A stretch of 64,000 nucleotides of DNA, from positions 12,303 through 76,302 of IMG/VR virus record IMGVR_UViG_3300046514_000653. One strand, 5' to 3'. Source of the stretch: a virus. The stretch's first letter is position 1. The number at the start of each line of letters is the position of its first letter. Made by a program: the position numbers and the translations under genes. A model generated the notes under the pieces. That model ran no database searches and had not been told where the DNA came from. It saw only the letters and a list, made by a program, of their open reading frames with translations. Shown piece by piece: positions 1 through 9,401 of this stretch.

Positions 1-2
1 AG

Positions 3-305
3 CCCGATTGCTGGGAAGTGTTGGAGAAGATTATTCTCGACGGGATGCCGCAGATCAGACGCGCGGCTCTGCAGGCGGTGATTGACGGGAAAGCAAACGG
101 CGGGATGAGGGTGAGCACGGCCGCGGTAAGCCGGGTGGTGAAAGTTAGTGAGAGTGCGGCGAGCAGGACTCTGGAGGATTTGTACATTCTCGGGGTGGTG
201 GAGAGAATGACCGCGGTGTCCGGGGAGAGCGGGAAAAAGCTTGAGAGTTGGAAATTGACCGACTGGGCGGAAGAGAGATTTAAGAAAGTAGGAGTGGAGG
301 GATGA
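3..305 (+). CDS. C-terminal fragment of a protein ending in a winged-HTH-like domain (possibly replicative ATPase/helicase); truncated by window start
   Basis: Frame is open from position 3 (PDCWEVLEKIILDG...). STAAVSRVVKVSESAASRTLEDLYILGVVER is HTH-like. Stop overlaps next ATG (ATGA). Confidence 0.5.
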   Translation, partial: PDCWEVLEKIILDGMPQIRRAALQAVIDGKANGGMRVSTAAVSRVVKVSESAASRTLEDLYILGVVERMTAVSGESGKKLESWKLTDWAEERFKKVGVEG

Positions 306-547
306 GTCAAAAAACAGTAGTCAAACAGAGTGAGCATCTTTCATTTATTGTTGGTAATAATGCAACACGACGCATTCTAGCCTCCTTTAAACTTAATAGA
401 ATTCAAACAGTAGAGCTTGAAACTTACTTAACAGAAAACGGCGTATCTCTCAGCGCTATGCTCCGTCGCGTTGTGCAACGGGAGTTGTCGGAGAAATCGA
501 TTCAATATACAAAACCCGACGAAAGAAAAGAGGAAAGCAAGACATGA
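302..547 (+). CDS. small putative DNA-binding protein (ribbon-helix-helix-like)
   Basis: RBS GGAGG; ASFKLNRIQTVELETYLTENGVSLSAMLRRVVQREL fits the strand-helix-helix pattern. Confidence 0.5.
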   Translation: MSQKTVVKQSEHLSFIVGNNATRRILASFKLNRIQTVELETYLTENGVSLSAMLRRVVQRELSEKSIQYTKPDERKEESKT

Positions 548-744
548 ACGGACAGGACCGTGGACAGCCGATTGAGATCAGTAACGGCGCCAATCTGAAG
601 ACCCGGCATGCAGACGGGAAAGTGTATCTGGAAGTCTGGATGGGCGGCGTGATCGTGACTGAGTATGAGCTGGAGCCAAAGGAAGCGATGCGGCTTTCTT
701 TGGAGCTGGAGTATGGGGAGTTGGGTGGAGGGATCATTTTGTGA
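544..744 (+). CDS. hypothetical protein
   Basis: 4-nt start/stop overlaps with both neighbours. Confidence 0.65.
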   Translation: MNGQDRGQPIEISNGANLKTRHADGKVYLEVWMGGVIVTEYELEPKEAMRLSLELEYGELGGGIIL

Positions 745-1223
745 AGCTGCGCAAAGGAAACATGTTCGAGTCGCGCGCCGAGCTAGTGCTAGTAACTACC
801 AATGCCATGGTAAGAGCCAATGGAAGTCTAGTCATGGGCAGAGGAGCGGCGAAGGAGTTGGTGGATAGGTTTCCAAGGATCGACCGGGACTTCGGGTCGA
901 TACTGCGTATGTCCAGTCTTGTCGGCAAGACTTACGGTGTGATGATTCTCGGAAAAAACTTCCCACTGAAAGATCTAGATTCTATTTTCCACTGCAAATT
1001 TGGAGTCTTCCAGGTCAAGTATCACTGGAAGGACAAAGCGAGTTTGAACCTGATCCACAATTCAGTCGAGCGGCTGTGTGAATTGATCGACGGAAATTCG
1101 GCACAGAGTTATAGAATCTCTCTGAACTTTCCGGGGATTGGGAATGGAAGGTTGACGAGAGAGCAGGTGATGCCGTATATCGAGAAGCTTCCGGACAACG
1201 TAACTGTCTGGGAAAAAGAATAA
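741..1223 (+). CDS. macrodomain (ADP-ribose binding/hydrolase, DarG/Poa1p-like) protein
   Basis: KGNMF, VTTN...VMGRGAAK...FP, FQVKYHWK, FPGIGNGRL motifs. Confidence 0.8.
   Translation: MKLRKGNMFESRAELVLVTTNAMVRANGSLVMGRGAAKELVDRFPRIDRDFGSILRMSSLVGKTYGVMILGKNFPLKDLDSIFHCKFGVFQVKYHWKDKASLNLIHNSVERLCELIDGNSAQSYRISLNFPGIGNGRLTREQVMPYIEKLPDNVTVWEKE
789..799. repeat. palindrome site (10/11) CTAGTAACTAC
   Basis: Inside macrodomain gene, read as LVTT. Confidence 0.7.
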
Positions 1224-1235
1224 GACAGTCAGTCA

Positions 1236-2882
1236 ATGCTTGAAGACCTTACGCCAGCAGACCTAGGATTGCCGAAGAAGTTCACCGAGTTCCGGCCGAT
1301 TCAGGACTCCATGGTCCAGTTCGGGCTCTACGGTCAGAACGACAGGATCAGAAGAGTCCATGCGCTCGGCGTACCCCCTGGAGGCGGCAAGTCGGTGGGC
1401 GCCCACGCAATTGGCCGGCTGAGCGGTGGGAAGTATGCAGTGTTGACGGTCTCACTGAGTCTCTCCGATCAATATCTTGACGACGGGTTTGCGGTGACCG
1501 ACATCCGCGGCAAGAAAAACTACACGTGCTTTGCCGAGCCCGAACAAATGGGCATGAAGTTTACCGAGCCGCTCAATTGTGAGCAAGGGGAGCAGGAGGA
1601 TTGTCCTTTTGCCGGGAGCGGGGATTGTCATTATCACGCGTGGGTGGGAGTAGCGAAGGAAGATCAATTCGGAATCAGTTCTAACTATCAGTACTGGATG
1701 AGCGCCAGAAGAAATCGCGCGGCTCTTGAGGAAGAAGGCGGCGGCAATCCGATTCAAATGTTGATCGGAGATGAAGCTCACCTCATCCCTGGCGAGCTGA
1801 GCAGACATCTCGGCGCTTGGTTCTCCTCCAATACGCTGCAGTCCTTAGGTGGAGAAGCGTACCGGCACGCGCTAGGAGAGACCAAAGGCGGGGAATGGGG
1901 AAAGGTGGGTGTAGGCTGGCTCAACGCGCTGGGCAGCGCCTGTGCAAGAGCGGACAGCATCCTGGCAGAGATTGCGGATGAGTACGGAAGTGTTTATTTA
2001 GCCAATAAGAAGAGCGCGGAGTACAGGAAGCTCGACAAGATCAGGGATGCGCTCATCAGAGTTGTAAGACACGGCGGGGATAACAACTGGATTTGGCATT
2101 GGGAAGGGAAAGGGATTAAGTTCGATTGCATCTGGCCGCGGCTGTATGCGGAGCAGTATTTGTGGCAAGGGATACCACGGATCGTGCTCATGTCCGCGAC
2201 GCTCCGTCCGAAGACGCTGAACATGCTTGGGATCAAAAGCGGGGAGAGATGGTTTAAAGAGTGGCCGAGAGTGTTTCCTGCGCACTACACGCCGATCTAC
2301 TGGGTGCCGACCGGACGGATGGGGAAGAAGGCGAGTGAGGATGAACGCGGGAAGAGTGTAGAACGGTTTGACGAGATCTTTGCGCTTTGGGGTGAGGGGG
2401 CGGGGAAGAAGGGGATCGTCCACGTGCCGAGCTATGACCTGGCTGTGTGGATGCGGGATCGGAGCAGGTTTGGAAGGAAGATGATTCTCAATGAAAAAGG
2501 GGAGGTGGGCGGGCAGACAAGAGCGGCGACGGAGTACAGAGAGAAGAAAGGTGCGTGTGCTCTTGTCAGCCCGAGCTTTACAACCGGGTATAACTTTCCT
2601 GATGAAGAGTGCGAATGGATTCACATCCCAAAGTTACCCTGGCCGTACAAAGGCGATCCGGTGGTGCAGGCAAGATGCGCGGATGATGAGACGTATTACA
2701 ATTCCGAGACCATGCAGCAATTGGTCCAGAGTTGTTTCCGCGGAACAAGGCACGACCGGGATAAATGCACGGTGATTATCACTGATGACGCAATCGGTGG
2801 ATTTAGATGGTATGCGAAGGAGTACGCGCCACAGTATTTCAAGATCATGGAGAGGGCGGAAGTACCGAGACCAAGAGGCTAG
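1236..2882 (+). CDS. DinG/Rad3-family SF2 helicase, probably with Fe-S cluster
   Basis: Q motif RPIQ, Walker A PPGGGKS, four Cys after IRGKKNY, DEAH, MSATL, IPKLPWP, QSCFRGTRHDRD. Confidence 0.85.
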   Translation: MLEDLTPADLGLPKKFTEFRPIQDSMVQFGLYGQNDRIRRVHALGVPPGGGKSVGAHAIGRLSGGKYAVLTVSLSLSDQYLDDGFAVTDIRGKKNYTCFAEPEQMGMKFTEPLNCEQGEQEDCPFAGSGDCHYHAWVGVAKEDQFGISSNYQYWMSARRNRAALEEEGGGNPIQMLIGDEAHLIPGELSRHLGAWFSSNTLQSLGGEAYRHALGETKGGEWGKVGVGWLNALGSACARADSILAEIADEYGSVYLANKKSAEYRKLDKIRDALIRVVRHGGDNNWIWHWEGKGIKFDCIWPRLYAEQYLWQGIPRIVLMSATLRPKTLNMLGIKSGERWFKEWPRVFPAHYTPIYWVPTGRMGKKASEDERGKSVERFDEIFALWGEGAGKKGIVHVPSYDLAVWMRDRSRFGRKMILNEKGEVGGQTRAATEYREKKGACALVSPSFTTGYNFPDEECEWIHIPKLPWPYKGDPVVQARCADDETYYNSETMQQLVQSCFRGTRHDRDKCTVIITDDAIGGFRWYAKEYAPQYFKIMERAEVPRPRG

Positions 2883-2892
2883 AGGCTAACAA

Positions 2893-3150
2893 ATGAGCGA
2901 CAGAAAACAATACCCGGATGTCAAAAGCTCTGTAGTGAAAGGAGATGTGATCAGTTTATTTCGTGATAACGACACACGCACATACAGACTGTTTGTAAGT
3001 AAGGAATGGAAAGAGATTCCTCCAAATAAATTTTCATTTGACAGATGTGAGTGTTGTGACCTTTCACTTGAGGATCTCCGTCAGTTGTCGGCACGTATCG
3101 ATGAAATTGTTTTAGCACATGAGGAATGGCGTCCTTTAGAAGACGATTGA
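2893..3150 (+). CDS. hypothetical protein
   Basis: ORF in operon order, lower GC than neighbours. Confidence 0.6.
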   Translation: MSDRKQYPDVKSSVVKGDVISLFRDNDTRTYRLFVSKEWKEIPPNKFSFDRCECCDLSLEDLRQLSARIDEIVLAHEEWRPLEDD

Positions 3151-3176
3151 CTTTGTTATACGACATACACTATACT
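3147..3176 (+). promoter_or_regulatory. sigma70-type promoter, likely leaderless transcript
   Basis: TTGACT (3147-3152), 18 bp, TATACT (3171-3176); ATG at 3184, no SD. Confidence 0.75.
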
Positions 3177-3183
3177 TCACCTC

Positions 3184-3402
3184 ATGGCTGAGAATCGGGT
3201 GCGGGAATCGCACCGTAAATCAAATGGGAAAAGTAAGCAGCCGGTGGAGAAAGCCGTGAAACCGCGGAATAAGATTTTCGCATTACGGCTCAGTCCGGAA
3301 GAATTCAAGCTGTTGTCTAACAGAGCCAGGAAGAGTCAGTCGAGTAGTCTCTCGGCTTATCTTCGTGGCCTTGCTGGGCTCAGCGAGACGGCGGCGGTGT
3401 AA
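3184..3402 (+). CDS. ribbon-helix-helix DNA-binding protein (MobC/CopG-like)
   Basis: IFALRLSPEEFKLLSNRARKSQSSSLSAYLRGLA. Confidence 0.7.
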   Translation: MAENRVRESHRKSNGKSKQPVEKAVKPRNKIFALRLSPEEFKLLSNRARKSQSSSLSAYLRGLAGLSETAAV

Positions 3403-3514
3403 GAGGCAAGAACAGACAAGGGAGTACCACCCAAGTCAGAGGTTGTAGTTAAGAGTTTGTAGTTGAAAGTAGTTCATTCGTTCGAATTTCAAAACAGGAG
3501 AATCGGAAAGACAA

Positions 3515-4456
3515 ATGGCAAGAGCAGGATTTGCACCAGAACAGACAAAGCTCGGCGGAAGTAATTTCAAATTTGCAGCAGGCAAAGGTGAGATTATCAA
3601 CGCCGAGGTTGGACTGGATACAGGCGGCGGCGATGAATTGAAGTGCGGAATGTTCCTCACCTTCCAGCGGCTGGACAAGGATTGGAACGCAACCGAAGAA
3701 GAGCCGGTGACCGAGTTCTTGAGCTTCGGCAAAACGCACTTCATCAAGGACGGGGATGAGGTTGAGCTGTTCCATCCCGGCCAAGCGAAGGGTCCGGACG
3801 ATGATGACCCGAAAGATCTCGGCCGCGAGGAATCGGCGATGGGCAATTGTCTCTGGTCCGGAGACGAGACGTTCATGATCGACAAACGCAGCAAGTCGGC
3901 GATCTTCGGGGAGAGTCTGGTCAAGCACGGCTTCCCGAGCGACAAACTGAACGGGTACATGCCCAATCTGATCGGGATCAAGGCGGAGTTTTACCAAGCG
4001 CCGCAACAGAAGCAAGAGGGGAAAGAGTACAAGAACGACCCGACCTGCATTTCGGTGAAAGAGAAGTTGATTCAGCCCGGCAAGACGGCAGGGAAAACTA
4101 CTGCGGCTGGAAAGACCGCGGCTGGAAAGCCTGCTGCGTCCGCGGCTAGCGGTAAGGTGAATGGCAAGGCGGCGGAGGGTAGCGACGCGGGCGGCAGTGA
4201 GGTTGAGGGCAGGGCTGAAGAGCTGTTGCTGATCCTCAAGAAGAAGCTGTCGTCTGCCGATGACGGTGTTGTCGTGGATCGGGCGAAGGTGAGCACGCAA
4301 TTGCTCATGCTCTTCCCGAAGGAGAAGATTGGACCGGCTGTCAGTAAGCCGATCCAGGTGTTGTTCAAGAACGATGCATGGCTCACTCAGATGGCTGAGA
4401 AGCACGGCTTCGGCGTGGACGATACGCAGTTTGCATTCCCGCAGTTGGAGGGGTAG
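3515..4456 (+). CDS. hypothetical protein, possibly ssDNA-binding protein of the recombination module
   Basis: Lies before exonuclease and Sak4-like genes; acidic N domain, Ala/Gly/Lys linker; followed by terminator. Confidence 0.45.
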   Translation: MARAGFAPEQTKLGGSNFKFAAGKGEIINAEVGLDTGGGDELKCGMFLTFQRLDKDWNATEEEPVTEFLSFGKTHFIKDGDEVELFHPGQAKGPDDDDPKDLGREESAMGNCLWSGDETFMIDKRSKSAIFGESLVKHGFPSDKLNGYMPNLIGIKAEFYQAPQQKQEGKEYKNDPTCISVKEKLIQPGKTAGKTTAAGKTAAGKPAASAASGKVNGKAAEGSDAGGSEVEGRAEELLLILKKKLSSADDGVVVDRAKVSTQLLMLFPKEKIGPAVSKPIQVLFKNDAWLTQMAEKHGFGVDDTQFAFPQLEG

Positions 4457-4508
4457 GTGTAAGAGCTTGGCCTGGACGGTTAAGTAAGACCAGTCTAGGT
4501 TAAGGAAG

Positions 4509-4547
4509 CGGGCGGCGTGCCTCGAACACTCGCCGCCCGTAACTTTT
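4509..4547 (+). terminator. probable intrinsic terminator
   Basis: CGGGCGGCG (4509-4517) pairs with CGCCGCCCG (4531-4539), then TAACTTTT. Confidence 0.6.
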
Positions 4548-4574
4548 AGTGAAAGAGCAAGGGAGAGCAGTCTG

Positions 4575-4790
4575 ATGAAGCGGACATTGCGGGAGCAATC
4601 ATTAAAGACGCGCTCCGAACGTTCAGCGGCGGCAATTTACAGGTATAGGAATCTTACGAACGATAAGGATTCCACGTCTATATTTTTCGCGCTTCACAAT
4701 GCCGTTATGGCAGGTTGGCGCATGGCCCAGCGGGACCTAAAGAAAGGCGCTCCTGTAGTCACTACCCTAAAGAAGAATAAGAAAAACTAG
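4575..4790 (+). CDS. hypothetical protein
   Basis: RBS GGAG; stop codon lies inside the palindrome at 4787. Confidence 0.6.
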   Translation: MKRTLREQSLKTRSERSAAAIYRYRNLTNDKDSTSIFFALHNAVMAGWRMAQRDLKKGAPVVTTLKKNKKN

Positions 4791-4797
4791 TAACTAG
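4787..4797. repeat. palindrome site, exact CTAGTAACTAG
   Basis: At stop of 4575-4790, just upstream of the exonuclease ATG. Confidence 0.9.
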
Positions 4798-4814
4798 GAA
4801 TTCAAATCCCACCC

Positions 4815-5504
4815 ATGCCCACTCTCCTCTCCTGTCGCGACATCAAAATATCTTTCGCCGATCTTTACAAACGATCACCAATCACACGACCTAAAGATCC
4901 ACTCGAACGTTATCCCGGTGCTCATCAGTCCGATATCCTTACATACTGCGCGGTCATTGCGAAATACCTCAAGCCCGGCGAGAAGCTGGAAGAGGACATG
5001 CCAGAGCGAATGCTCATGGGCCTTATGTTCGAGGAGTTCTTTTTCTCGCTACTGCTTGCCATCGTCGAGTTAGAAATGGCTTGGCAACCGGGAGAGAAAG
5101 TAGAGGATGAGATCGCTTGTAACTGCGACGGGATCGGATGGTTGAAAGAAACGTTTGTACTCGAAAAGCCTAAAGACGGAAAGCTTAAATGGCTGATTGC
5201 CGAGTATGCGATTTGGGAAACGAAGTGTACGGAGAAAAAGGCGCGAACGGCTGAAGAGTTTTTGCAGGAGTTCGTGTACATGCAGCAGGGGCGGTCGTAC
5301 TGTAAGACGTACGGCTGTAATGTAGTCCGCTGGATCATCTGGTTTTACCGCGGGAATTACGACGGGAAGGGACCGGTGTGCAGAGAGTACACTGTGCATT
5401 TCAGTGATAAGGAGATCGAGGATACTTGGACGATGATGAAAAAGAATAAGGACGATGCAATGGAGTACAAGAAACAAATGGAAGCGAAGGGGACTGCCGC
5501 GTGA
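4815..5504 (+). CDS. PD-(D/E)xK exonuclease (Cas4/lambda-exo-like)
   Basis: G..FEE helix, CNCDGIG, IWETKCT, QQGRSY. Confidence 0.7.
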   Translation: MPTLLSCRDIKISFADLYKRSPITRPKDPLERYPGAHQSDILTYCAVIAKYLKPGEKLEEDMPERMLMGLMFEEFFFSLLLAIVELEMAWQPGEKVEDEIACNCDGIGWLKETFVLEKPKDGKLKWLIAEYAIWETKCTEKKARTAEEFLQEFVYMQQGRSYCKTYGCNVVRWIIWFYRGNYDGKGPVCREYTVHFSDKEIEDTWTMMKKNKDDAMEYKKQMEAKGTAA

Positions 5505-5740
5505 CTAAAGACGAGATGCTTCGCGCGGAAATCCACCTAAATTCTCCAATCATGTTCTCTGCTGAGAATCTCCATCGTGATTTAAAGCTAGCGATGGAGT
5601 ACATCAAAGAACAGCAACAATACATCGACGGTTGCAAAGAGATTCTAATTGAAGCTGGCATTGAACCGCATGCCTTGCTTGCTGTTGTTGTTACGCGTGC
5701 CGCCAACGAGATTAAGACATATAGAAAGAGGACGGCGTGA
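5501..5740 (+). CDS. hypothetical protein
   Basis: GTGA overlaps on both sides. Confidence 0.65.
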   Translation: MTKDEMLRAEIHLNSPIMFSAENLHRDLKLAMEYIKEQQQYIDGCKEILIEAGIEPHALLAVVVTRAANEIKTYRKRTA

Positions 5741-6762
5741 GAACTGTACCAGTGCCAGCGAGTAAAAAACCGGGATCGGGATCGACAGGATCAAGCTCCT
5801 CGTCCTCCTCGTCCTCTTCCACACGTCCTACACCTGCCGGCGACAGGCTCCAGATGGGGCTGGCTGACGTTACCGATGAAGAAGCCACTGGTCCCATCTG
5901 CATCGGAATGTACGCGCCTCCAGGGGCCGGGAAGAGTCGTTTTATCGGGACGGCGAAGGGGAAGATTGGAGTCCTGGCGCTGGAAAGTAAGACGAAGAAA
6001 TCTGTGACTGCCTCTGCACGCGAGTTTGGGCGCCGGGTGGTCATGCCGAAGATTAAGGGTGAAGAGGTGAATCTCATCCGCGTCGCCAATCCAGTGTTGT
6101 TCTCCAGCATTCCAAAGACGTGCATTGTCGTCGGCGATTCCGCACACGTCGGTTGGAGCGCGGGGAAGATTCAGGATGAGATGCAGAGGATTGCGGATAC
6201 AATCACGATTGACGGAGATCCACCGTACTGTTGCCAGCGGCATTACTCGCGGTGGAGTGTGAATCGCGTGAAGTACTTCGGGTACATGATGCTGGAAGAC
6301 CCGGATATCAACACGATCTGCATTGACCCGTTCGGCAGCTTTGTCGAAGATGTGAGCTATGCGAACTACGGGCTCAGTGGTGTGATCGACCCGAAGGAGT
6401 TTGGCTTTGCTCCGCGGGAAGACTTTCTGAAGGAGATCAGAGAGTTCCTGAATGTCATCACACAGAAGCACACGATTCTCACGCATCACGCAAAACCTCA
6501 ATGGGTGGATAATAAGCCGACGAGCAAGTGGGAATTGGACGGGAAGTTCTCGAAGATCGGGCATTATGTCAATGTCATGGTCGAGCTGAAGCAGGATAAG
6601 AAGAAAGCGATTGGGGAGGGGAGGTATAGTTTGGTGGTCAATGACTGCCAGGATAATATCGGGTTGATCAGCAAGGACCCGATTCTGTTTGATGAAGATA
6701 TTACGTTCACCAATCTGGCCGTGCAGGTCAGAGAGGGAACAGAACCAGAGGAGTGGGAATGA
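5737..6762 (+). CDS. AAA_24/Sak4-like ATPase (annealase/recombinase)
   Basis: Walker A YAPPGAGKS, TICIDP Walker B region, ILTHH; adjacent to exonuclease. Confidence 0.7.
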   Translation: MRTVPVPASKKPGSGSTGSSSSSSSSSSTRPTPAGDRLQMGLADVTDEEATGPICIGMYAPPGAGKSRFIGTAKGKIGVLALESKTKKSVTASAREFGRRVVMPKIKGEEVNLIRVANPVLFSSIPKTCIVVGDSAHVGWSAGKIQDEMQRIADTITIDGDPPYCCQRHYSRWSVNRVKYFGYMMLEDPDINTICIDPFGSFVEDVSYANYGLSGVIDPKEFGFAPREDFLKEIREFLNVITQKHTILTHHAKPQWVDNKPTSKWELDGKFSKIGHYVNVMVELKQDKKKAIGEGRYSLVVNDCQDNIGLISKDPILFDEDITFTNLAVQVREGTEPEEWE

Positions 6763-6929
6763 ACAAGAAATTGACTATTCTCATGCCGGATGAAGTAAAA
6801 GAACAAGGAGTGCTGACCAAAAAGGATCTGGAGCAGACAATTAAAGCTCTAAGGTATTGTGATCTTGACAGGATTGCAGACAAGTTCGAGATTCAATTGA
6901 AGAAGTTTACAAAAGGGGCGACACATTGA
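6759..6929 (+). CDS. hypothetical 56-aa protein (not in ORF track)
   Basis: MNKKLTILMP...KGATH; ATGA overlap upstream and TTGA overlap downstream. Confidence 0.6.
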   Translation: MNKKLTILMPDEVKEQGVLTKKDLEQTIKALRYCDLDRIADKFEIQLKKFTKGATH

Positions 6930-7210
6930 ACTTTCGCGCAACTTTACTTGGCCTGCCTGTTAAGGACCCGGCCAATCCACCTAAGCCACAGGTGATTCAT
7001 TCAAACAGCATGGAGGATGTACAGGCGTGGACTAACGCACAACTGGGAATGTTCCCAAAGTGCTGGGTGGTTGTGGATAAGCAGGAGTGGAAGCCGCTGT
7101 TGATCATGCGCGGCGTGGAGGTGTTGTTAGACACAGATACAGGGACGTTTAAGCAGATCCCAGGATTGCCAGGACTTCCACAGAGCCCACAGGTCCCAAA
7201 GATTCCTTAA
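6926..7210 (+). CDS. hypothetical protein
   Basis: RBS AGGGG, TTG start. Confidence 0.55.
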   Translation: MNFRATLLGLPVKDPANPPKPQVIHSNSMEDVQAWTNAQLGMFPKCWVVVDKQEWKPLLIMRGVEVLLDTDTGTFKQIPGLPGLPQSPQVPKIP

Positions 7211-7287
7211 GCTCCAAATCCAGGGAAGCGCAAGAAGAGGAAGGCCAGAGCACAACAGGCAATGAAGAACAAACGGAAGAAACAGAT

Positions 7288-7452
7288 ATGAAGCGCAACG
7301 ATCCAAACGAACGGTGTGGATACTGCGGCGGTCCGCACGCAGAAGCTGTATGTCCTAAGACCTGGAAGGGTCAAATTGCCGCTCGCGATCTACGCTGTAC
7401 CTATTGCGGCAGCACAGAACATGATTACGACAGTTGTCCAAAGCACGCCTGA
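7288..7452 (+). CDS. 54-aa tandem CCHC zinc-knuckle protein (not in ORF track)
   Basis: MKRNDPNERCGYCGGPHAEAVCPKTWKGQIAARDLRCTYCGSTEHDYDSCPKHA; TGATG overlap with the next gene. Confidence 0.8.
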   Translation: MKRNDPNERCGYCGGPHAEAVCPKTWKGQIAARDLRCTYCGSTEHDYDSCPKHA

Positions 7453-8384
7453 TGATCTTCCTCGATCGTCGCGAGCCTCCTGAACTAGCCGAAGCCATCC
7501 GCAAACATGGCGTGGAGGTAGAGCACGGACCGCACATTGAATTCGAGGACGGGGATATAGTCTTTGAAGGGAACGGCGAGAAGGGGCCGGGGGCGATGAT
7601 TGCGATTGAACGCAAGAAACTCACAGACCTGGTCAACTGCATGAAGGATCGGCGGCTCGCCGGCAAGCAACTCCGCGGGCTCCAACGCACGTACGATTAC
7701 ATCTTCCTGCTTTGTGAAGGCATGTGGAGATGTGCCGAGGACGGCAGTGGAAGCATTGAGGTGTTTGGCGTCGAGAAGAAAAAGATCAAGGGGAACTGGG
7801 TGAGTAAGCGTGGCTGGGTGCCGTATTACAGTCACGTGGATAAGCGCAGTGTGAATCATCGCCAGATCACCAGCTTCATCCACAGCTTGTCTCTCCGCGG
7901 CCGGACGAAAAGTACAGGTGAAGCGTTCAGGTTGATCAGGACGGCAGGGCTAGAAGAAAGTGCTGCGTGGATTGTCAGCCTCTACTACAACTTCACCGAG
8001 AAAGAATGGGGGCAGCACCACGCACACGATCAGATCTACTCCCCGATCCCGCCAAAAGGGCATGGGTATGAGTGGGGCAAGGTGCATGGACATAACACGA
8101 AATACAGCCGGGCGGTGATGGCGGCGAACGGAGATCCGACTACAGTGTGGCGAGCCGCAGCGCAGTTGCCAGGGGTGGATAGACGAGCGACGGACGTAGC
8201 GGCTGCGTTCAGGACGATTCGCGGGATGGCATTGGCGGGATTGGAGCCAGGGTTGAGGCGGAGAGTCGAGCGGTGGTTTGCTGACAATCCTAGCGCGGCC
8301 GTGGACGCGTGGATGGAGTTGGATGGGTTTGGGATAGTGAAGGCGGAAGCAGCGGTAAGAGCGATTGCGGTAGAGGGGGCGTAG
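7452..8384 (+). CDS. ERCC4/XPF-family structure-specific endonuclease with HhH motifs (resolvase-like)
   Basis: DRREP, GDIVF, IERKKLTDL (ERKxxxD), LPGVD and LDGFG HhH; start moved to ATG 7452. Confidence 0.85.
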   Translation: MIFLDRREPPELAEAIRKHGVEVEHGPHIEFEDGDIVFEGNGEKGPGAMIAIERKKLTDLVNCMKDRRLAGKQLRGLQRTYDYIFLLCEGMWRCAEDGSGSIEVFGVEKKKIKGNWVSKRGWVPYYSHVDKRSVNHRQITSFIHSLSLRGRTKSTGEAFRLIRTAGLEESAAWIVSLYYNFTEKEWGQHHAHDQIYSPIPPKGHGYEWGKVHGHNTKYSRAVMAANGDPTTVWRAAAQLPGVDRRATDVAAAFRTIRGMALAGLEPGLRRRVERWFADNPSAAVDAWMELDGFGIVKAEAAVRAIAVEGA

Positions 8385-8393
8385 GGAGTAAGT

Positions 8394-8786
8394 ATGAAAG
8401 CTAAGACCTGGAGATGTTTCCATTGCAACGAAGTCTTTCGCTCGCGCAAATCTGCATGGCTGCACTTCGGGCCGGATGACGATTGTGAGAAGCTCCCACC
8501 TGCTTGCATCGATCCTCTGCGTAAGGATGAAAAGACCCGGTTGTCAGAGTTAAGAGAGGCGCAAGATTACGCTTTTCAATGCCAGGAAAAGGCTAGTGAG
8601 TTTGAAGACAAATTGGATGATGCAATGCGCGAGCTGGCTGAGTTCAAGCGCCTCTCCAACTGCTCTTCCTCAAACGAGCTGCGCAACTGGCTAGACATTC
8701 AAAACGGACGCGTCGCTGTAGCCGATGCGCTCACAGAAGGTTTTAAAAAGGCCGACCCAAGATTGGCTGCGAAGATCATAGGATAG
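8394..8786 (+). CDS. hypothetical protein with N-terminal zinc finger and coiled coil
   Basis: WRCFHCNEVF...HFG; RBS GGAG. Confidence 0.65.
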   Translation: MKAKTWRCFHCNEVFRSRKSAWLHFGPDDDCEKLPPACIDPLRKDEKTRLSELREAQDYAFQCQEKASEFEDKLDDAMRELAEFKRLSNCSSSNELRNWLDIQNGRVAVADALTEGFKKADPRLAAKIIG

Positions 8787-8868
8787 TGATAGGTTCAAAC
8801 TAGATGAGTGAGGATAGATACATTTGTGCGACCAACGCACGTTTCGATGAAAGCGGGAAGAATACCCA

Positions 8869-9123
8869 TTGGCAAAGTCAGGAAAACAACTCCTGCTCGC
8901 CCGGATACGCGAGCGGTTGGATGCGCCCCGGCAGGTGGCGCCTGTAACTGAAATTAAACCGAAGCAACAAAGGAAAGTGAGGAAGATTCAGGATCTGCAG
9001 AAGATCATGCCGCTAAGAGCTACGCAGTCTCGACGGCTGACAGAAGAAGAGTTGAAGGAGGTACGGAAGCAGGCGAGAATGGAGCATGATGCGTTCTACG
9101 GCCTGGAGCGTAAAGTATGGTAA
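8869..9123 (+). CDS. hypothetical basic protein
   Basis: ORF in operon order. Confidence 0.5.
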   Translation: MAKSGKQLLLARIRERLDAPRQVAPVTEIKPKQQRKVRKIQDLQKIMPLRATQSRRLTEEELKEVRKQARMEHDAFYGLERKVW

Positions 9124-9203
9124 CACAATGCGTAGATTGTGATCATATTGAACTTTCAATAAACCCAGCGTGCGGTTGCGCATGTCATACAAAGGAGAAA
9201 CCA

Positions 9204-9401
9204 ATGAAGGAATCAATCTTACAGTTCTTTGCCTATGCTCACTTGCCGGATCATTTGCAGGCAGTCAGTATACACTTCCATGAACTTGCACATAGAATTG
9301 CGGTTGAGCTACCACGCAATCCTGAGCGCACAGTAGCTCTCCGTAAACTACTTGAAGCTAAGGATGCGGCTGTTCGAGCCGTGCTCTTCAAGGACGTATA
9401 G
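9204..9401 (+). CDS. small helical-hairpin phage protein, possible Acb2/Tad1-like signal sponge
   Basis: RBS AAAGGAG before ATG 9204; FFAYAHLPDHLQAVS...LPRNPERTVALRKLLEAKDAAVRA. Confidence 0.55.
   Translation: MKESILQFFAYAHLPDHLQAVSIHFHELAHRIAVELPRNPERTVALRKLLEAKDAAVRAVLFKDV

Noticed and set aside
4815-5504. Cas4 of a CRISPR system
   Set aside because: No array or other cas genes. Context is a phage exonuclease-Sak4 recombination module.
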